Shown: piece by piece, positions 49,692-58,681 of the stretch
Layout of the letters: each line of letters opens with the position of its first letter
Position numbering within the stretch: the first letter of the stretch is position 1
Origin: an uncultured Clostridia bacterium
GTDB taxonomy: Bacteria; Bacillota; Clostridia; Oscillospirales; Oscillospiraceae
NCBI GenBank assembly: GCA_946061515.1
Contig: CAMGRL010000007.1
Location: 137 to 64,136, forward strand
Direction: 5' to 3'
DNA: 64,000 bases
The notes under the pieces: model-generated
The model's database searches: none
Told to the model about the DNA's origin: nothing
What the model saw: the letters and a program-made list of their open reading frames with translations, nothing else
Made by a program: the position numbers and the translations under genes

Positions 49692-50102
49692 TTACTTTAT
49701 ACTTCCCAGATATCCCTCAAGGATCAGGCTTGCGGCCACCGCGTCCACGGTCTTGCGGTGCTGTTTTTCCTTTTTGCCCCCGGCGTGGAGAATGGCGTGG
49801 GCCTCGATGCTGCTGCGCCGCTCGTCCCAGAGGACCACGGGCAGACCGCTGTCGGCCATGAGCAGCTCCCGGAAGACCCGGCTCTTTTCGGCTCTCGGCC
49901 CCTCGCTGCCGTCCATATTCTTGGGCAGGCCCAGTACCAGCGTGCCCACATCCCGCTTTTTCGCCTCTTCGCTGATGCGTTTTGACGCCCGCTCCATGTT
50001 CCATTCCTCCATGGTCCAGGCCTCGCCGCAGATCATACCCAGCAGGTCAGACACCGCCAGACCGATCCTTGCGTCGCCGTAATCTATTGCCATGATGCGC
50101 AT
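49692..50102 (-). CDS. ruvX: Holliday-junction resolvase-like nuclease RuvX (YqgF)
   Basis: 136 aa, MRIMAIDYGDARIGLAVSD...LVLGLPKNMDGSEGP...DERRSS. Confidence 0.9.
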   Translation of the reverse strand: MRIMAIDYGDARIGLAVSDLLGMICGEAWTMEEWNMERASKRISEEAKKRDVGTLVLGLPKNMDGSEGPRAEKSRVFRELLMADSGLPVVLWDERRSSIEAHAILHAGGKKEKQHRKTVDAVAASLILEGYLGSIK

Positions 50103-50123
50103 AGCGTTTCTCCTTCATTGCCC

Positions 50124-50705
50124 TCATCGAGGTAGTTTTTCGATATACTCTAAGTCCATTTTCCATTTTTGCAACGCGCGGTTATTGCTATCTTTTTTTC
50201 CGTTTATCTGAATCATATGCCTCAGATAACTTTCGACATAGCCCCTCGACACTTGCCCGTTCTCTATTGCAGACTTTAGTAACGCCTGGCGCTGAACATT
50301 CGATAGATTAGCCCCAGCTGCAACCGTGTATCCGAGATTCTTTAGCTTTGATTCTTCCGCGCGCTCTTTATGCTCATACCCATTATGGCCACGGTCGTAG
50401 GGATATGCAAGAGGTTCCTTCTCGAACCAAACCATATCATCATATCCTTTTAGAAAAGTTGGGCATAACGGATCCCCATATTTATGCCTTAGCCCTGCCT
50501 GATTGTTTCTGCCGATTTGAGCTTGTTTACAGGTGGCACAGTATTGGCCTTTTGCTTTCACTGTACAGTAAAAGAAAGGAATTAAAAGGTCAATATCATG
50601 AACCTCATGTTTCAACTTTCGGCACATATCAACGCCAATAATAATATAGAGCGTTTCTGTCTCCTCAACCGGAAACCCATCCTCAAACCATTCTTCAAAA
50701 GTCAA
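50124..50705 (-). CDS. Hypothetical protein, low-GC orphan with Cys/His clusters
   Basis: 193 aa, about 35-37% GC in sampled 60-nt blocks against ~60% in the flanks. Contains CRKLKHEVHD, YCATCKQ and CPTF. The C-terminal helical part is LSNVQRQALLKSAIENGQVSRGYVESYLRHMIQ. I do not recognise the family. Confidence 0.55.
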   Translation of the reverse strand: MTFEEWFEDGFPVEETETLYIIIGVDMCRKLKHEVHDIDLLIPFFYCTVKAKGQYCATCKQAQIGRNNQAGLRHKYGDPLCPTFLKGYDDMVWFEKEPLAYPYDRGHNGYEHKERAEESKLKNLGYTVAAGANLSNVQRQALLKSAIENGQVSRGYVESYLRHMIQINGKKDSNNRALQKWKMDLEYIEKLPR

Positions 50706-50783
50706 TGATAATGATTCTCCTTTTCGTGTCGATAAACAAAAATGATATTAATGTTCCTCTTCCTCAACGAATTTCGAAACTCC

Positions 50784-52049
50784 TCAATACAGATCAAAGC
50801 AGGCCCGGATCTCCCCCACCATGTACAGGGAGCCAACGGCGCAGACCATGCCCTCCGGCCCGGCGGCGTCAATGGCGGCGGATACGCCCTCTTTGATGCT
50901 GTCACATACCGTCACCGGCTTTCCAAAGCTCCGGAGCAGCTCTGCCAGCTCCTGAGCGGGCAGGGCCCGGTCGCTGTTGGGCGTGACGCAGACAAATTCG
51001 TCCGCCTCCGGGGCCAGGATTTCGGAAAGCCCCTTGTAGTCCTTGTCGGCCAGCACGCCCATCAGCAGCACCCGGCGGCAGAGCGGGAAATAGTTTTTTA
51101 GATTTTCCGCCACCGTCTGGGCGCACTGGGGGTTATGGCCCCCGTCTACAATAAAGTACGGCTCCTCGGCCACCGGCTCAAAGCGGGCGGGCCAGCTGAC
51201 GGCGTAAAGTCCGTGCTCCACATCCTCCTGGGGCAGCCTCCAGCCCCAACGCCGCAGGACCTCCGCCGTCTCGATGACCACGGCGGCGTTTTTCCGCTGG
51301 TGTTCGCCCAGCAGAGGGATGGCGTAGGCCTCGCCCTTGTAGGTGAATACCTGGCCTTCAAGGCTGTCAAACTCGGTTTTTATGGCGGAAAAATCCGCGA
51401 CGGTCAGCGCGGAGCCCGTTTCCGCGCAGCGGTCCCGGATGACCTGGGTGACGCTTTCGCTCTGCTGGTACAGAACGCAGGGGCAGCCAGGCTTGATGAT
51501 CCCGGCCTTTTCGGCGGCGATCTGCTCCACCGTGTCCCCCAGGATCTTGGTGTGGTCCAGGCCGATGTTCATAATGACCGAGACCTCCGGCCGGGAGATG
51601 ATGTTGGTGGCGTCGAACCGGCCGCCCAGACCCACCTCCAGCACCACAATGTCGCAGCCCTCCTCCGCGTACCACAGCATGGCGGCGGCGGTCATCAGCT
51701 CAAATTCGGTGGGGTGGTCCTCCATCTTCTCCGCAGGGATACTCACCCGGGTGACGATGTCCGCAAGAGCTTCGTTTCCGATCTCTTCCCCGTTGATCTG
51801 CATCCGCTCGTTGAAGCGGTAGAGATAGGGGGAGGTGAAAAGCCCGGTTTTGTAGCCTGCGGCCTTCAGCACCGAGGCGAGCATGGCGGCACAGCTGCCT
51901 TTGCCGTTGGTGCCCGCAATGTGGACAAACTTCAGCCGGTCCTGGGGGTCACCCAGGGCGTGCAGCAGCTCTGTCACCCGGGAAAGGCCGGGCTTGGAGC
52001 CGAACCAGGCCACGCCGTCGATATACTTAAGCGCTTCTTGATAATCCAT
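50784..52049 (-). CDS. folC: Bifunctional folylpolyglutamate synthase / dihydrofolate synthase
   Basis: MDYQEALKYIDG...FVHIAGTNGKGS (P-loop), with Mur-ligase-type domains. The start at 52049 is preferred over the ORF-track 52262. Confidence 0.9.
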   Translation of the reverse strand: MDYQEALKYIDGVAWFGSKPGLSRVTELLHALGDPQDRLKFVHIAGTNGKGSCAAMLASVLKAAGYKTGLFTSPYLYRFNERMQINGEEIGNEALADIVTRVSIPAEKMEDHPTEFELMTAAAMLWYAEEGCDIVVLEVGLGGRFDATNIISRPEVSVIMNIGLDHTKILGDTVEQIAAEKAGIIKPGCPCVLYQQSESVTQVIRDRCAETGSALTVADFSAIKTEFDSLEGQVFTYKGEAYAIPLLGEHQRKNAAVVIETAEVLRRWGWRLPQEDVEHGLYAVSWPARFEPVAEEPYFIVDGGHNPQCAQTVAENLKNYFPLCRRVLLMGVLADKDYKGLSEILAPEADEFVCVTPNSDRALPAQELAELLRSFGKPVTVCDSIKEGVSAAIDAAGPEGMVCAVGSLYMVGEIRACFDLY

Positions 52050-52324
52050 TGTGTATGACCTCTTTTCCGCATAGACTATAACATTATTTATTCTTCGCCG
52101 CAAGACTTGAGTAAACGCTGAATAAATCGGCTTCGGCGACTCCTGGAAAATTTTCGCCCTGATTTTGTCACTTTTTCTTGCAATACACAAAGTATTCCTG
52201 CAAAAAAGTGCCTTCATCAGAACGCAAATTTTCTCGCGATCCGTTCTTGCCGATTTAATCATCGTTTACTTGACTTGTCCTTCCCGCAAGGGTTAAACTC
52301 AATGTGAGGGAGAGCGAGTCAAAT

Positions 52325-53260
52325 ATGGAAAGCTTTATCGTATGTCTCAACGCGGTGCTGCCCATATTCCTGCTGATGGCTGTGGGATATGGGGCGCGCT
52401 GCTTTCATCTGCTGGACCGGGCGGACGTGGCGAAGATCAATAAGATCGTTTTCCGGGTCTTTATGCCGGTAATGGTCTTCTATAATATCTATTGCTCGGA
52501 ACTGTCCTCGGCAATGCGGGGATCCCTTCTGGGCTACGCGGTGCTGGGCGTATTGGCGGAGTATGCCCTCAGCCTGGGCTATGCGCTGCTGTTCGTCAAG
52601 GACCCCAGCCGCCGGGGCGTGGTCATCCAGGGGCTCTACCGCTCCAACTTTGTGATCATCGGCCTGCCCATCGCCGAAAGTCTGGTGGGCGGGGACCTGG
52701 GGCCGGTGGCCATGCTGCTGGCGGTGGTGATCCCCATCTACAATGTTCTGGCTGTCATCACCCTTGCGGTCTTTAACGGGAAAAAGCCAGCCCTGAAACA
52801 GGTTGTGCTGGATATTCTGAAAAATCCGCTGATTCTCGGCTCTGTGGCCGGTATTGGGGCTCTGCTGGCCGGGCTGAAGCTGCCCGGGCCGGTGGAAAAG
52901 GTGGTGAGCCAGATGTCCGCGGCCACCAGCCCCATGCTGCTTTTCCTGCTGGGCGCGTTTTTCCAGTTCAAAGGGATGCGCAGCCATTGGCGGGAGCTGA
53001 CGGCAGTCTGCACCGGAAGGCTCGTCCTGTTCCCGGCACTGTTTCTGGGTCTGGCGGCGGCTCTGGGCTTTCGCGGGGTGGATCTGGTGTCGTTGCTGGG
53101 GGTCTTTGCCTCCTCCACGGCCATCGCCTCCTTCACCATGGCCCAGCAGATGGGCGGCGACGCGGAGCTGGCCGGAGACATCGTGGTGTCCACCAGCGCC
53201 CTGTGCTCCTTCACCCTTTTCGGCTGGAGCCTGCTTTTCAAGCTCACGGGGCTGATATGA
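52325..53260 (+). CDS. AEC (auxin efflux carrier) family transporter
   Basis: About 311 aa and about 10 TM helices, starting [22 protein letters not shown]. Confidence 0.85.
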   Translation: MESFIVCLNAVLPIFLLMAVGYGARCFHLLDRADVAKINKIVFRVFMPVMVFYNIYCSELSSAMRGSLLGYAVLGVLAEYALSLGYALLFVKDPSRRGVVIQGLYRSNFVIIGLPIAESLVGGDLGPVAMLLAVVIPIYNVLAVITLAVFNGKKPALKQVVLDILKNPLILGSVAGIGALLAGLKLPGPVEKVVSQMSAATSPMLLFLLGAFFQFKGMRSHWRELTAVCTGRLVLFPALFLGLAAALGFRGVDLVSLLGVFASSTAIASFTMAQQMGGDAELAGDIVVSTSALCSFTLFGWSLLFKLTGLI

Positions 53261-53305
53261 CCAAATTTTCCATAAAAAGGCCGGAAAAAAAACAAAAGAA
53301 AAATG

Positions 53306-53334
53306 TTGACCTCTCAGAAGGACTGTGTTATATT
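53306..53334 (+). promoter_or_regulatory. Candidate promoter TTGACC-17 nt-TATATT (TGt extended) for rpmG-secE-nusG-rplKA
   Basis: The -35 is 53306-53311 and the -10 is 53329-53334. The leader is ~130 nt. Confidence 0.5.
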
Positions 53335-53466
53335 ATGTATTACCTGTCGTCTGAGAGGTTTATTTTTGCGCGCTTTTTTCCGTGTAAAAAGACCTGGCTC
53401 AGGCAAATACAGGGAGGCAATGCCCGGGCTTTGCCGCGGGTAAATAAAATAGGAGGTGCCGAAAGA

Positions 53467-53628
53467 ATGGCTGCAGGCGCAAGAGTAAAAATCACACTCA
53501 GATGCGAAGAATGCAAGCAGAGGAACTACAACACGGTCAAGAACAAGAAGAACACTTCAGACCGTTTGGAGCGCAGCAAATATTGCCCCTTCTGCAGAAA
53601 GCACACCAAGCATGTAGAGACCAAGTAA
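53467..53628 (+). CDS. rpmG: 50S ribosomal protein L33
   Basis: [53 protein letters not shown], 53 aa. RBS is AGGAGGTG. It is embedded in a longer spurious ORF in the track. Confidence 0.92.
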   Translation: MAAGARVKITLRCEECKQRNYNTVKNKKNTSDRLERSKYCPFCRKHTKHVETK

Positions 53629-53650
53629 ACTTCTGAAAGGATGCGTGAAA

Positions 53651-53920
53651 ATGGCAGAAAAGAAGACGAAAGCTGCTCCTACCAAGGCCGTCACCGCCGT
53701 AAAGAAGGATGATACCAAGCCCGGCTTTTTCAAGAGGATCGGGAAATGGTTCCGCGAGATGAAGAGCGAACTGAAGAAGGTCATTTGGCCTACCAGACAG
53801 CAGCTCACCAAGAACAGCCTCATCTCCGTCGGAGTTATGGTCGTTGCCGCAGTAGTAATCTGGGGCTTTGACGAGTTGGCACAGATGCTTGTCAGGGCAC
53901 TCATCACTCTGGCAGGTTGA
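53651..53920 (+). CDS. secE: Preprotein translocase subunit SecE
   Basis: FFKRIGKWFREMKSELKKVIWPTRQQLTKNSLISVGVMVVAAVVIWGFD. An alternative GTG start is at 53645. Confidence 0.87.
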   Translation: MAEKKTKAAPTKAVTAVKKDDTKPGFFKRIGKWFREMKSELKKVIWPTRQQLTKNSLISVGVMVVAAVVIWGFDELAQMLVRALITLAG

Positions 53921-53925
53921 TCGAC

Positions 53926-54450
53926 ATGGCTGAAGAGGCGAAATGGTATGTGGTTCATACCTATTCCGGGTATGAAAACGCAGTAGCAGCCGCCGTGATG
54001 AAGGCGGCGGAAAACCGCAAAATGACAGACCTGATAAGAGAGGTCAACATCCCCATGGAGACCGTCACCGAGTATACCGACGCCGGCGAAAAAACCGTCG
54101 AGCGCAAGGTATTCCCCGGTTATGTGCTGGTGAAAATGATCCTCACGGATGAGAGCTGGCACCTTATCCACAATGTCCGCGGTGCAACAGGCTTCGTCGG
54201 TTCCGACGGCAAGGCCGTCCCCCTGACGGAGCAGGAAATTTACGATCTGGGCGTCGAACACAAGGAGATCGTCGTGGGCTATGCCCTGGGCGATGAAGTT
54301 AAGGTTAACGACGGGCCCCTCGCCGGCTTTATCGGCGTGGTGGACGAGCTTGAACCGGACAAGAACCGGGTGCGCGTGGTCGTTTCCATGTTCGGCAGGG
54401 AGACTCCGGTGGATCTGGAGCTGGACCAGGTCGAAGTCATTAAAGATTAA
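53926..54450 (+). CDS. nusG: Transcription termination/antitermination factor NusG
   Basis: [14 protein letters not shown]...FPGYVLVKM...[14 protein letters not shown] (KOW motif). Confidence 0.94.
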   Translation: MAEEAKWYVVHTYSGYENAVAAAVMKAAENRKMTDLIREVNIPMETVTEYTDAGEKTVERKVFPGYVLVKMILTDESWHLIHNVRGATGFVGSDGKAVPLTEQEIYDLGVEHKEIVVGYALGDEVKVNDGPLAGFIGVVDELEPDKNRVRVVVSMFGRETPVDLELDQVEVIKD

Positions 54451-54470
54451 TAAGAAAGAGGTGCTCCAAG

Positions 54471-54896
54471 TTGGCACAGAAAGTAGTTGGATACGTTAGA
54501 TTCCAGGTTCCCGCCGGAAAAGCGACTCCGGCTCCCCCCGTCGGCCCCGCTCTGGGCCAGTACGGCGTAAACATCGGTCAGTTCACCAAGGACTTCAATG
54601 AACGCACCAAGGGCGACATGGGCATGATGATCCCTGTCGTTATCACCGTTTATTCTGACCGCAGCTTCACCTTCGTCACCAAGACTCCTCCTGCCGCCCT
54701 GCTGATCAAGAAGGCCTGCGGCATTGAGACCGCTTCCGGTGTTCCCCAGCGCGACAAGGTTGCCACCATCAGCAAGGAAGATGTCCGCAAGATCGCCGAG
54801 CAGAAGATGCCCGACCTGAACTGCACTGACATTGAATCCGCCATTAGCATGATAGCCGGTACCTGCCGCTCCATGGGCGTCGTCGTCGGCGACTGA
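54471..54896 (+). CDS. rplK: 50S ribosomal protein L11
   Basis: TTG start after AAGAAAGAGGTG. Sequence [42 protein letters not shown]. Confidence 0.95.
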   Translation: MAQKVVGYVRFQVPAGKATPAPPVGPALGQYGVNIGQFTKDFNERTKGDMGMMIPVVITVYSDRSFTFVTKTPPAALLIKKACGIETASGVPQRDKVATISKEDVRKIAEQKMPDLNCTDIESAISMIAGTCRSMGVVVGD

Positions 54897-55002
54897 TCGG
54901 GCGAGTAACATCGCTCCTTAAGGACGGCAGCACTATTTCCTGCCGCCTAACGTGGGAGGATTCATCCATCCGACTCAACCACATTATTAGGAGGAAACGA
55001 AA

Positions 55003-55695
55003 TTGTTTAGAGGTAAAAATTATAAAGAGAGCGCAAAGCTCATCGATAAACAGGCACTCTATGATCCCATGGATGCACTGAATCTGGTCATCAGCGCAAG
55101 CAAGGCAAAGTTCGACGAGACCGTCGAGCTCCACGTCAAGCTGGGTGTTGACGGCCGTCACGCAGACCAGCAGGTCCGCGGCGCCATCGTGCTGCCCAAC
55201 GGCACCGGCAAGTCTGTCCGCGTTCTGGTCTTCTGCAAGCCCGAGCGCGTTGAGGAAGCTCTGGCAGCCGGCGCTGATTACGCAGGCGGCATGGAGCTGG
55301 TCGAGAAGATCCAGAAGGAGAACTGGTTCGAGTTCGATACCGTTATCGCCAGCCCCGACATGATGGGTACTGTTGGCCGTCTCGGTAAGGTCCTGGGCCC
55401 CAAGGGCTTGATGCCCTCTCCCAAGGCCGGCACCGTCACCCCCAACATCAAGCAGGCTGTGTCTGAGGCTAAGGCCGGTAAGGTCGAGTACCGTCTGGAC
55501 AAGACCAACATCATCCACTGCCCCATCGGCAAGGTCAGCTTCGGCGCAGAGAAGCTGTATGAGAACTATGCAGCCCTCATCGGCGCCATCATCAAGGCAA
55601 AGCCCGCAGCGGCAAAGGGCCAGTACATCAAGTCCTGCGTCACCGCTTCCACCATGGGCCCCGGCGTGAAGATCAACGCCCAGAAGCAGCTTTGA
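55003..55695 (+). CDS. rplA: 50S ribosomal protein L1
   Basis: TTG start after TAGGAGGA. Sequence [35 protein letters not shown]. Confidence 0.95.
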   Translation: MFRGKNYKESAKLIDKQALYDPMDALNLVISASKAKFDETVELHVKLGVDGRHADQQVRGAIVLPNGTGKSVRVLVFCKPERVEEALAAGADYAGGMELVEKIQKENWFEFDTVIASPDMMGTVGRLGKVLGPKGLMPSPKAGTVTPNIKQAVSEAKAGKVEYRLDKTNIIHCPIGKVSFGAEKLYENYAALIGAIIKAKPAAAKGQYIKSCVTASTMGPGVKINAQKQL

Positions 55696-55722
55696 TTTAA
55701 ACGGTATACACTTAACCAGAAT

Positions 55723-55753
55723 GCCCGGAACGAAAGAACCTTTCGTCCGGGCG
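55723..55753 (+). terminator. Hairpin after rplA
   Basis: gcccggaacgaaag aac ctttcgtccgggc (one bulge), followed by gttcggatttt. Confidence 0.45.
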
Positions 55754-55775
55754 TTCGGATTTTGAGGGAAATGCC

Positions 55776-56267
55776 ATGATAACACTGAAAAAAGTAGATA
55801 CAAAGAACCTGTGGAAAATCGTGAGACTGAAGGTCCGGGAGGACCAGCGGGACTTTGTGGCCAGCAACGCGGAGAGCATTATGGAGGCCTACGTCTATAC
55901 CCAGGCCGGGGCCGTCGCCCAGCCCTTCGGGATCTATGCGGACGATACGCCGGTAGGCTTTGTCATGTTCGGCTACGGCGACTTGCCGGAGGAGGAAAAC
56001 CCGGCCATCGCCGCGGGAAATTACTCCATCTGGCGCTTTATGATCGACGAAAAGCAGCAGGGCAAGGGCTATGCTAAAGAAGCCATGCAGGCGGCGCTGG
56101 AGTATATCCGCACTTTCCCCTGCGGCCCGGCGGACTGCTGCTGGCTCTCCTACGAGCCGGAAAACACCGCCGCAAAGACCCTTTACCACCGCGTCGGCTT
56201 TCAGGAGAACGGAGAGACGGACGGGGATGAGATCGTCGCCGTTCTGCCATTGAACGGAAAATCTTAA
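55776..56267 (+). CDS. GNAT family N-acetyltransferase (diamine/spermidine acetyltransferase-like)
   Basis: 163 aa. WRFMIDEKQQGKGYAKEAMQAALEYI is the acetyl-CoA-binding Q/RxxGxG/A motif. Confidence 0.8.
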   Translation: MITLKKVDTKNLWKIVRLKVREDQRDFVASNAESIMEAYVYTQAGAVAQPFGIYADDTPVGFVMFGYGDLPEEENPAIAAGNYSIWRFMIDEKQQGKGYAKEAMQAALEYIRTFPCGPADCCWLSYEPENTAAKTLYHRVGFQENGETDGDEIVAVLPLNGKS

Positions 56268-56355
56268 GAGATATTAAAGCGGTATGGGAGCCGTGGACAA
56301 TTCTGCGGCTTTCGTGTATAATTGAAGCAGACCAAATGAAAGGACGGATGAAGCT

Positions 56356-57042
56356 GTGAATAAAGGAAGAATAAAAGCGGTTGTTCTGATCATCGTTTTT
56401 CTGCTTGTTGTGGCAGTGATTTGCTCCTGGCTCACCAACACAGACAAGAAGGATGAGCAGCCCGCGGAAAATACCAACCCGCCCGAGGAGAGCAGCAACG
56501 TTATTGTGATAGACCCCAACAGCAACCAGAGCACGGCCCCGGCCAATACCCCGGCGCCCACGCCTGTGCCTACGCCCACACCCACCCCGGCCCCCACGCC
56601 TACACCTACCCCCGCACCCACTCCCACGCCTACCCCCACCCCCCAGTACGGCGATAATCTGGGCTCCGGCACCTTCAAGTCCGATACCGGCGTGCCCATT
56701 AACCTGAAAGCCGATTGGAGCGTGAAAACCATCAGCGCGTCTCAGGTGGAAGTGACCATCAAGGTCAGTGTGGATTCCTACGCCATCCACCTCCAGGCAG
56801 TGCCCTATGCGGTGAAGCTGAGCGTGAACGGCGAGTATGTGACCATGGACGCCCCCGCCGTGGACTATGACGGCAGCGCCGCCACCAACACGGTCTTCGG
56901 CACCAAGACCTTCACGGTCAACCTGTCTGAGGGCTCCTCCGCCAATATCCCCGTGGCCATTGAATGGCACTTCGGCGGCACCTACGGCGGCCAGGAGATC
57001 GACGTGATCGAGTGCGGCGGCACCATCAGCGTCTCCCGCTGA
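56356..57042 (+). CDS. Membrane-anchored hypothetical protein with a Pro-Thr linker and a beta-rich C-terminal domain
   Basis: GTG start. N-terminal TM helix is AVVLIIVFLLVVAVICSWL. A (PT)n linker follows, then a ~130-aa domain (FKSDTGVPINLKADWSVKT...IEWHFGGTYGGQEIDVIECGGTISVSR). Confidence 0.55.
   Translation: MNKGRIKAVVLIIVFLLVVAVICSWLTNTDKKDEQPAENTNPPEESSNVIVIDPNSNQSTAPANTPAPTPVPTPTPTPAPTPTPTPAPTPTPTPTPQYGDNLGSGTFKSDTGVPINLKADWSVKTISASQVEVTIKVSVDSYAIHLQAVPYAVKLSVNGEYVTMDAPAVDYDGSAATNTVFGTKTFTVNLSEGSSANIPVAIEWHFGGTYGGQEIDVIECGGTISVSR
56548..56643 (+). repeat. Low-complexity coding repeat encoding TPAPTPVPTPTPTPAPTPTPTPAPTPTPTPTP
   Basis: Degenerate ACN-CCN tandem repeat inside the CDS at 56356..57042. 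Confidence 0.8.
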
Positions 57043-57060
57043 ACAGAACACACAGCAACG

Positions 57061-57093
57061 AAAAGACCGGAAGGAAACCCTTCCGGTCTTTTT
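57061..57093. terminator. Strong hairpin terminator after the PT-linker protein gene
   Basis: aaaagaccggaagg aaac ccttccggtcttttt. Confidence 0.78.
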
Positions 57094-57256
57094 ATACTAA
57101 TCCCTGATAAAAAGCTTTATTGGATTTCCGAGCAAAATTCGTGTCAGGCAAGGCGGCTTTCGCAGAGCATAATGGAGATATATGGTCAAGAAAGCCAACG
57201 CCGCATGGCGCAAATTTTGCCGGAAAGCGTTGAATGTTTTTATCAGGGATTAGTAT
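57094..57256. mobile_element. 163-bp MITE-like element or long imperfect hairpin with 20-bp perfect terminal inverted repeats
   Basis: ATACTAATCCCTGATAAAAA (57094-57113) is the exact reverse complement of TTTTTATCAGGGATTAGTAT (57237-57256). Complementarity continues inward: TTTCCGAGCAAAATT pairs with AATTTTGCCGGAAA, and GGCTTTC with GAAAGCC. It contains no ORF. Confidence 0.45.
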
Positions 57257-57260
57257 CAGC

Positions 57261-58433
57261 TCATTTTTCGTTTGTCAGAACAGCCGTGCTGATCAGAGCG
57301 GTGATAGGGATAGATAAAATCATGCCGATGCTGCTGGAGATGCCGCTGATCACTTCCGTGGCGAAATAGGCGGAGCTGAACAGCTGATTTTGGGACAGGC
57401 CCAGGGAGTAGAGATACAAAATCAGGGTAAAGCCGCTGCCCAAAAAGGCCAGGATCAGGGTGTTGGTCATGGTGCCCACCATGTCCCGGCCCACATTCAT
57501 GCCGGAGCGGAAAAGAGCCTTCCTGCCCAGAGCGGGGTTTGCCGCGTGGATCTCCGACAGGGAGGAGGCCATGCTCATGGCCACGTCCATCACCGCGCCC
57601 AGGGCGCTGATGACGATCCCGCCGGTGAGCAGCCCGGCCAGGCCGATGGGTATGCCCTGCTGCCGCAGCTGGAGCAGGGGTTCCACATCGCTGAGCCGCA
57701 GGCCGTCGATCCGGCTGATGTACTGCACAAACATGCCGAAAACCATGGCAAGCCCGGTGCCCGCCACCGTGCCCAGCATGGCGCAGACGGTTTTTTCCCG
57801 TATGCCGCCCAGAATGGTCAGCGTGACTACGGCGATATAGGCACAGAGGAAGAACACCGTGGGCAGGGTGGGCAGCCCCTTCATCAGCAGCGGCAGCAAG
57901 ACCCAGAACAGGCAGGCCAGGGTGAGGGCCAGACCTATCAGAGATTTGGCCCCGGTTTTTCCGCCCACCAGCACCGCCGCCAGGAGAAACAGCGCCACCG
58001 CGAAGACCAGCGCCCCCCGCCGGTCGTATTCAAACACCGTGGCGGTGTGGCTGCCGTCGGCGTAGGTGGAGACGGTCAGGACCACCTTGTCCCCCTCCTG
58101 CACCGGAGCGCCATAGAGCGGCCCCACATAATTATAGACCTGTAAGGTTTCCCCTTTATAGCGGCCGGAGCTGACCTCCACCAAAAGCAGCTGGTCGCCC
58201 CGCCAGGCCCCGTCGGAATTGGGGTCGGTTTCCGTGCTGTCGGCCAGAACGGCGGTGACTTTGCCGCTTTCATACTCGGCGTACTCTGTGGCCCCGGCGT
58301 CCTCTTCCGGCTCCGGCGCGGCCCAGATCCGCAGCAGCACAAACAGCAGCGCTGCGCAGAGTAAAACAATGCAGCTCAGCCGGTTTTTCCGCAGCCAGGC
58401 CGCCGCGCCGCCCTTTTCGGCTTTTATTTTCAT
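57261..58433 (-). CDS. YibE/F family membrane protein
   Basis: 390 aa. An N-terminal TM helix and a ~110-aa ectodomain (RGDQLLLVEVSSGRYKGETLQVYNYVGP) are followed by the polytopic YibE/F core (GAVMDVAMSMASSLSEI). Confidence 0.85.
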   Translation of the reverse strand: MKIKAEKGGAAAWLRKNRLSCIVLLCAALLFVLLRIWAAPEPEEDAGATEYAEYESGKVTAVLADSTETDPNSDGAWRGDQLLLVEVSSGRYKGETLQVYNYVGPLYGAPVQEGDKVVLTVSTYADGSHTATVFEYDRRGALVFAVALFLLAAVLVGGKTGAKSLIGLALTLACLFWVLLPLLMKGLPTLPTVFFLCAYIAVVTLTILGGIREKTVCAMLGTVAGTGLAMVFGMFVQYISRIDGLRLSDVEPLLQLRQQGIPIGLAGLLTGGIVISALGAVMDVAMSMASSLSEIHAANPALGRKALFRSGMNVGRDMVGTMTNTLILAFLGSGFTLILYLYSLGLSQNQLFSSAYFATEVISGISSSIGMILSIPITALISTAVLTNEK

Positions 58434-58681
58434 GGCAATGTCCCTCTATATATAATAAGTAGATAGAAGCAGAATAGCAATTTTCACCCGGACTGTCAAG
58501 AGAAGAGGGGAAAAGAGGAACTTTTTTGCCAAAAAACGGCTCCATCAAAGAAAAAGTTACAATATTATGACACGAATTTGATAAAATTCTTCTGGAAAAG
58601 CCTGCCGGGATATGATATAGTAGTAAACATAATCATGGAAGAATATGCCCTTATCCCAATGAGGGCAGAGGAGGTTCACGG

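Noticed and set aside
50702-51101. Short ORFs 50702..50905 (-), 50705..50896 (+) and 50742..51101 (+) at the island/folC junction
   Set aside because: They overlap the 3' end of folC or the promoter region of the orphan gene in alternative frames. Their composition is Pro/Arg-rich shadow type and they have no RBS.
53310-53363. Inverted repeat cctctcaga / tctgagagg spanning the rpmG promoter, as a possible terminator or ribosomal-protein leader
   Set aside because: The stem is 9 bp with a 36-nt loop that contains the promoter itself. I know of no L33 leader family, and the evidence is insufficient to call a feature.
56548-56643. Tandem repeat that could be mistaken for a CRISPR or VNTR locus
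   Set aside because: It is a degenerate 6-nt Pro-Thr coding repeat inside an intact ORF. It has no spacer/repeat organisation and no cas genes.
57094-57256. Invertible promoter (inverton) interpretation of the 20-bp inverted repeats
   Set aside because: The element lies between the 3' ends of two convergent genes, so a flipped promoter would drive only antisense RNA. I found no convincing -35/-10 pair inside it, and no site-specific recombinase gene is nearby. A MITE or long hairpin is the simpler reading.
58434-58681. Phase-variable or invertible promoter upstream of the giant surface protein gene
   Set aside because: The only inverted repeats are trivial A/T runs (ttttttgccaaaaaa) and a 6-bp hairpin next to the RBS. 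There are no flanking inverted repeats of useful length.
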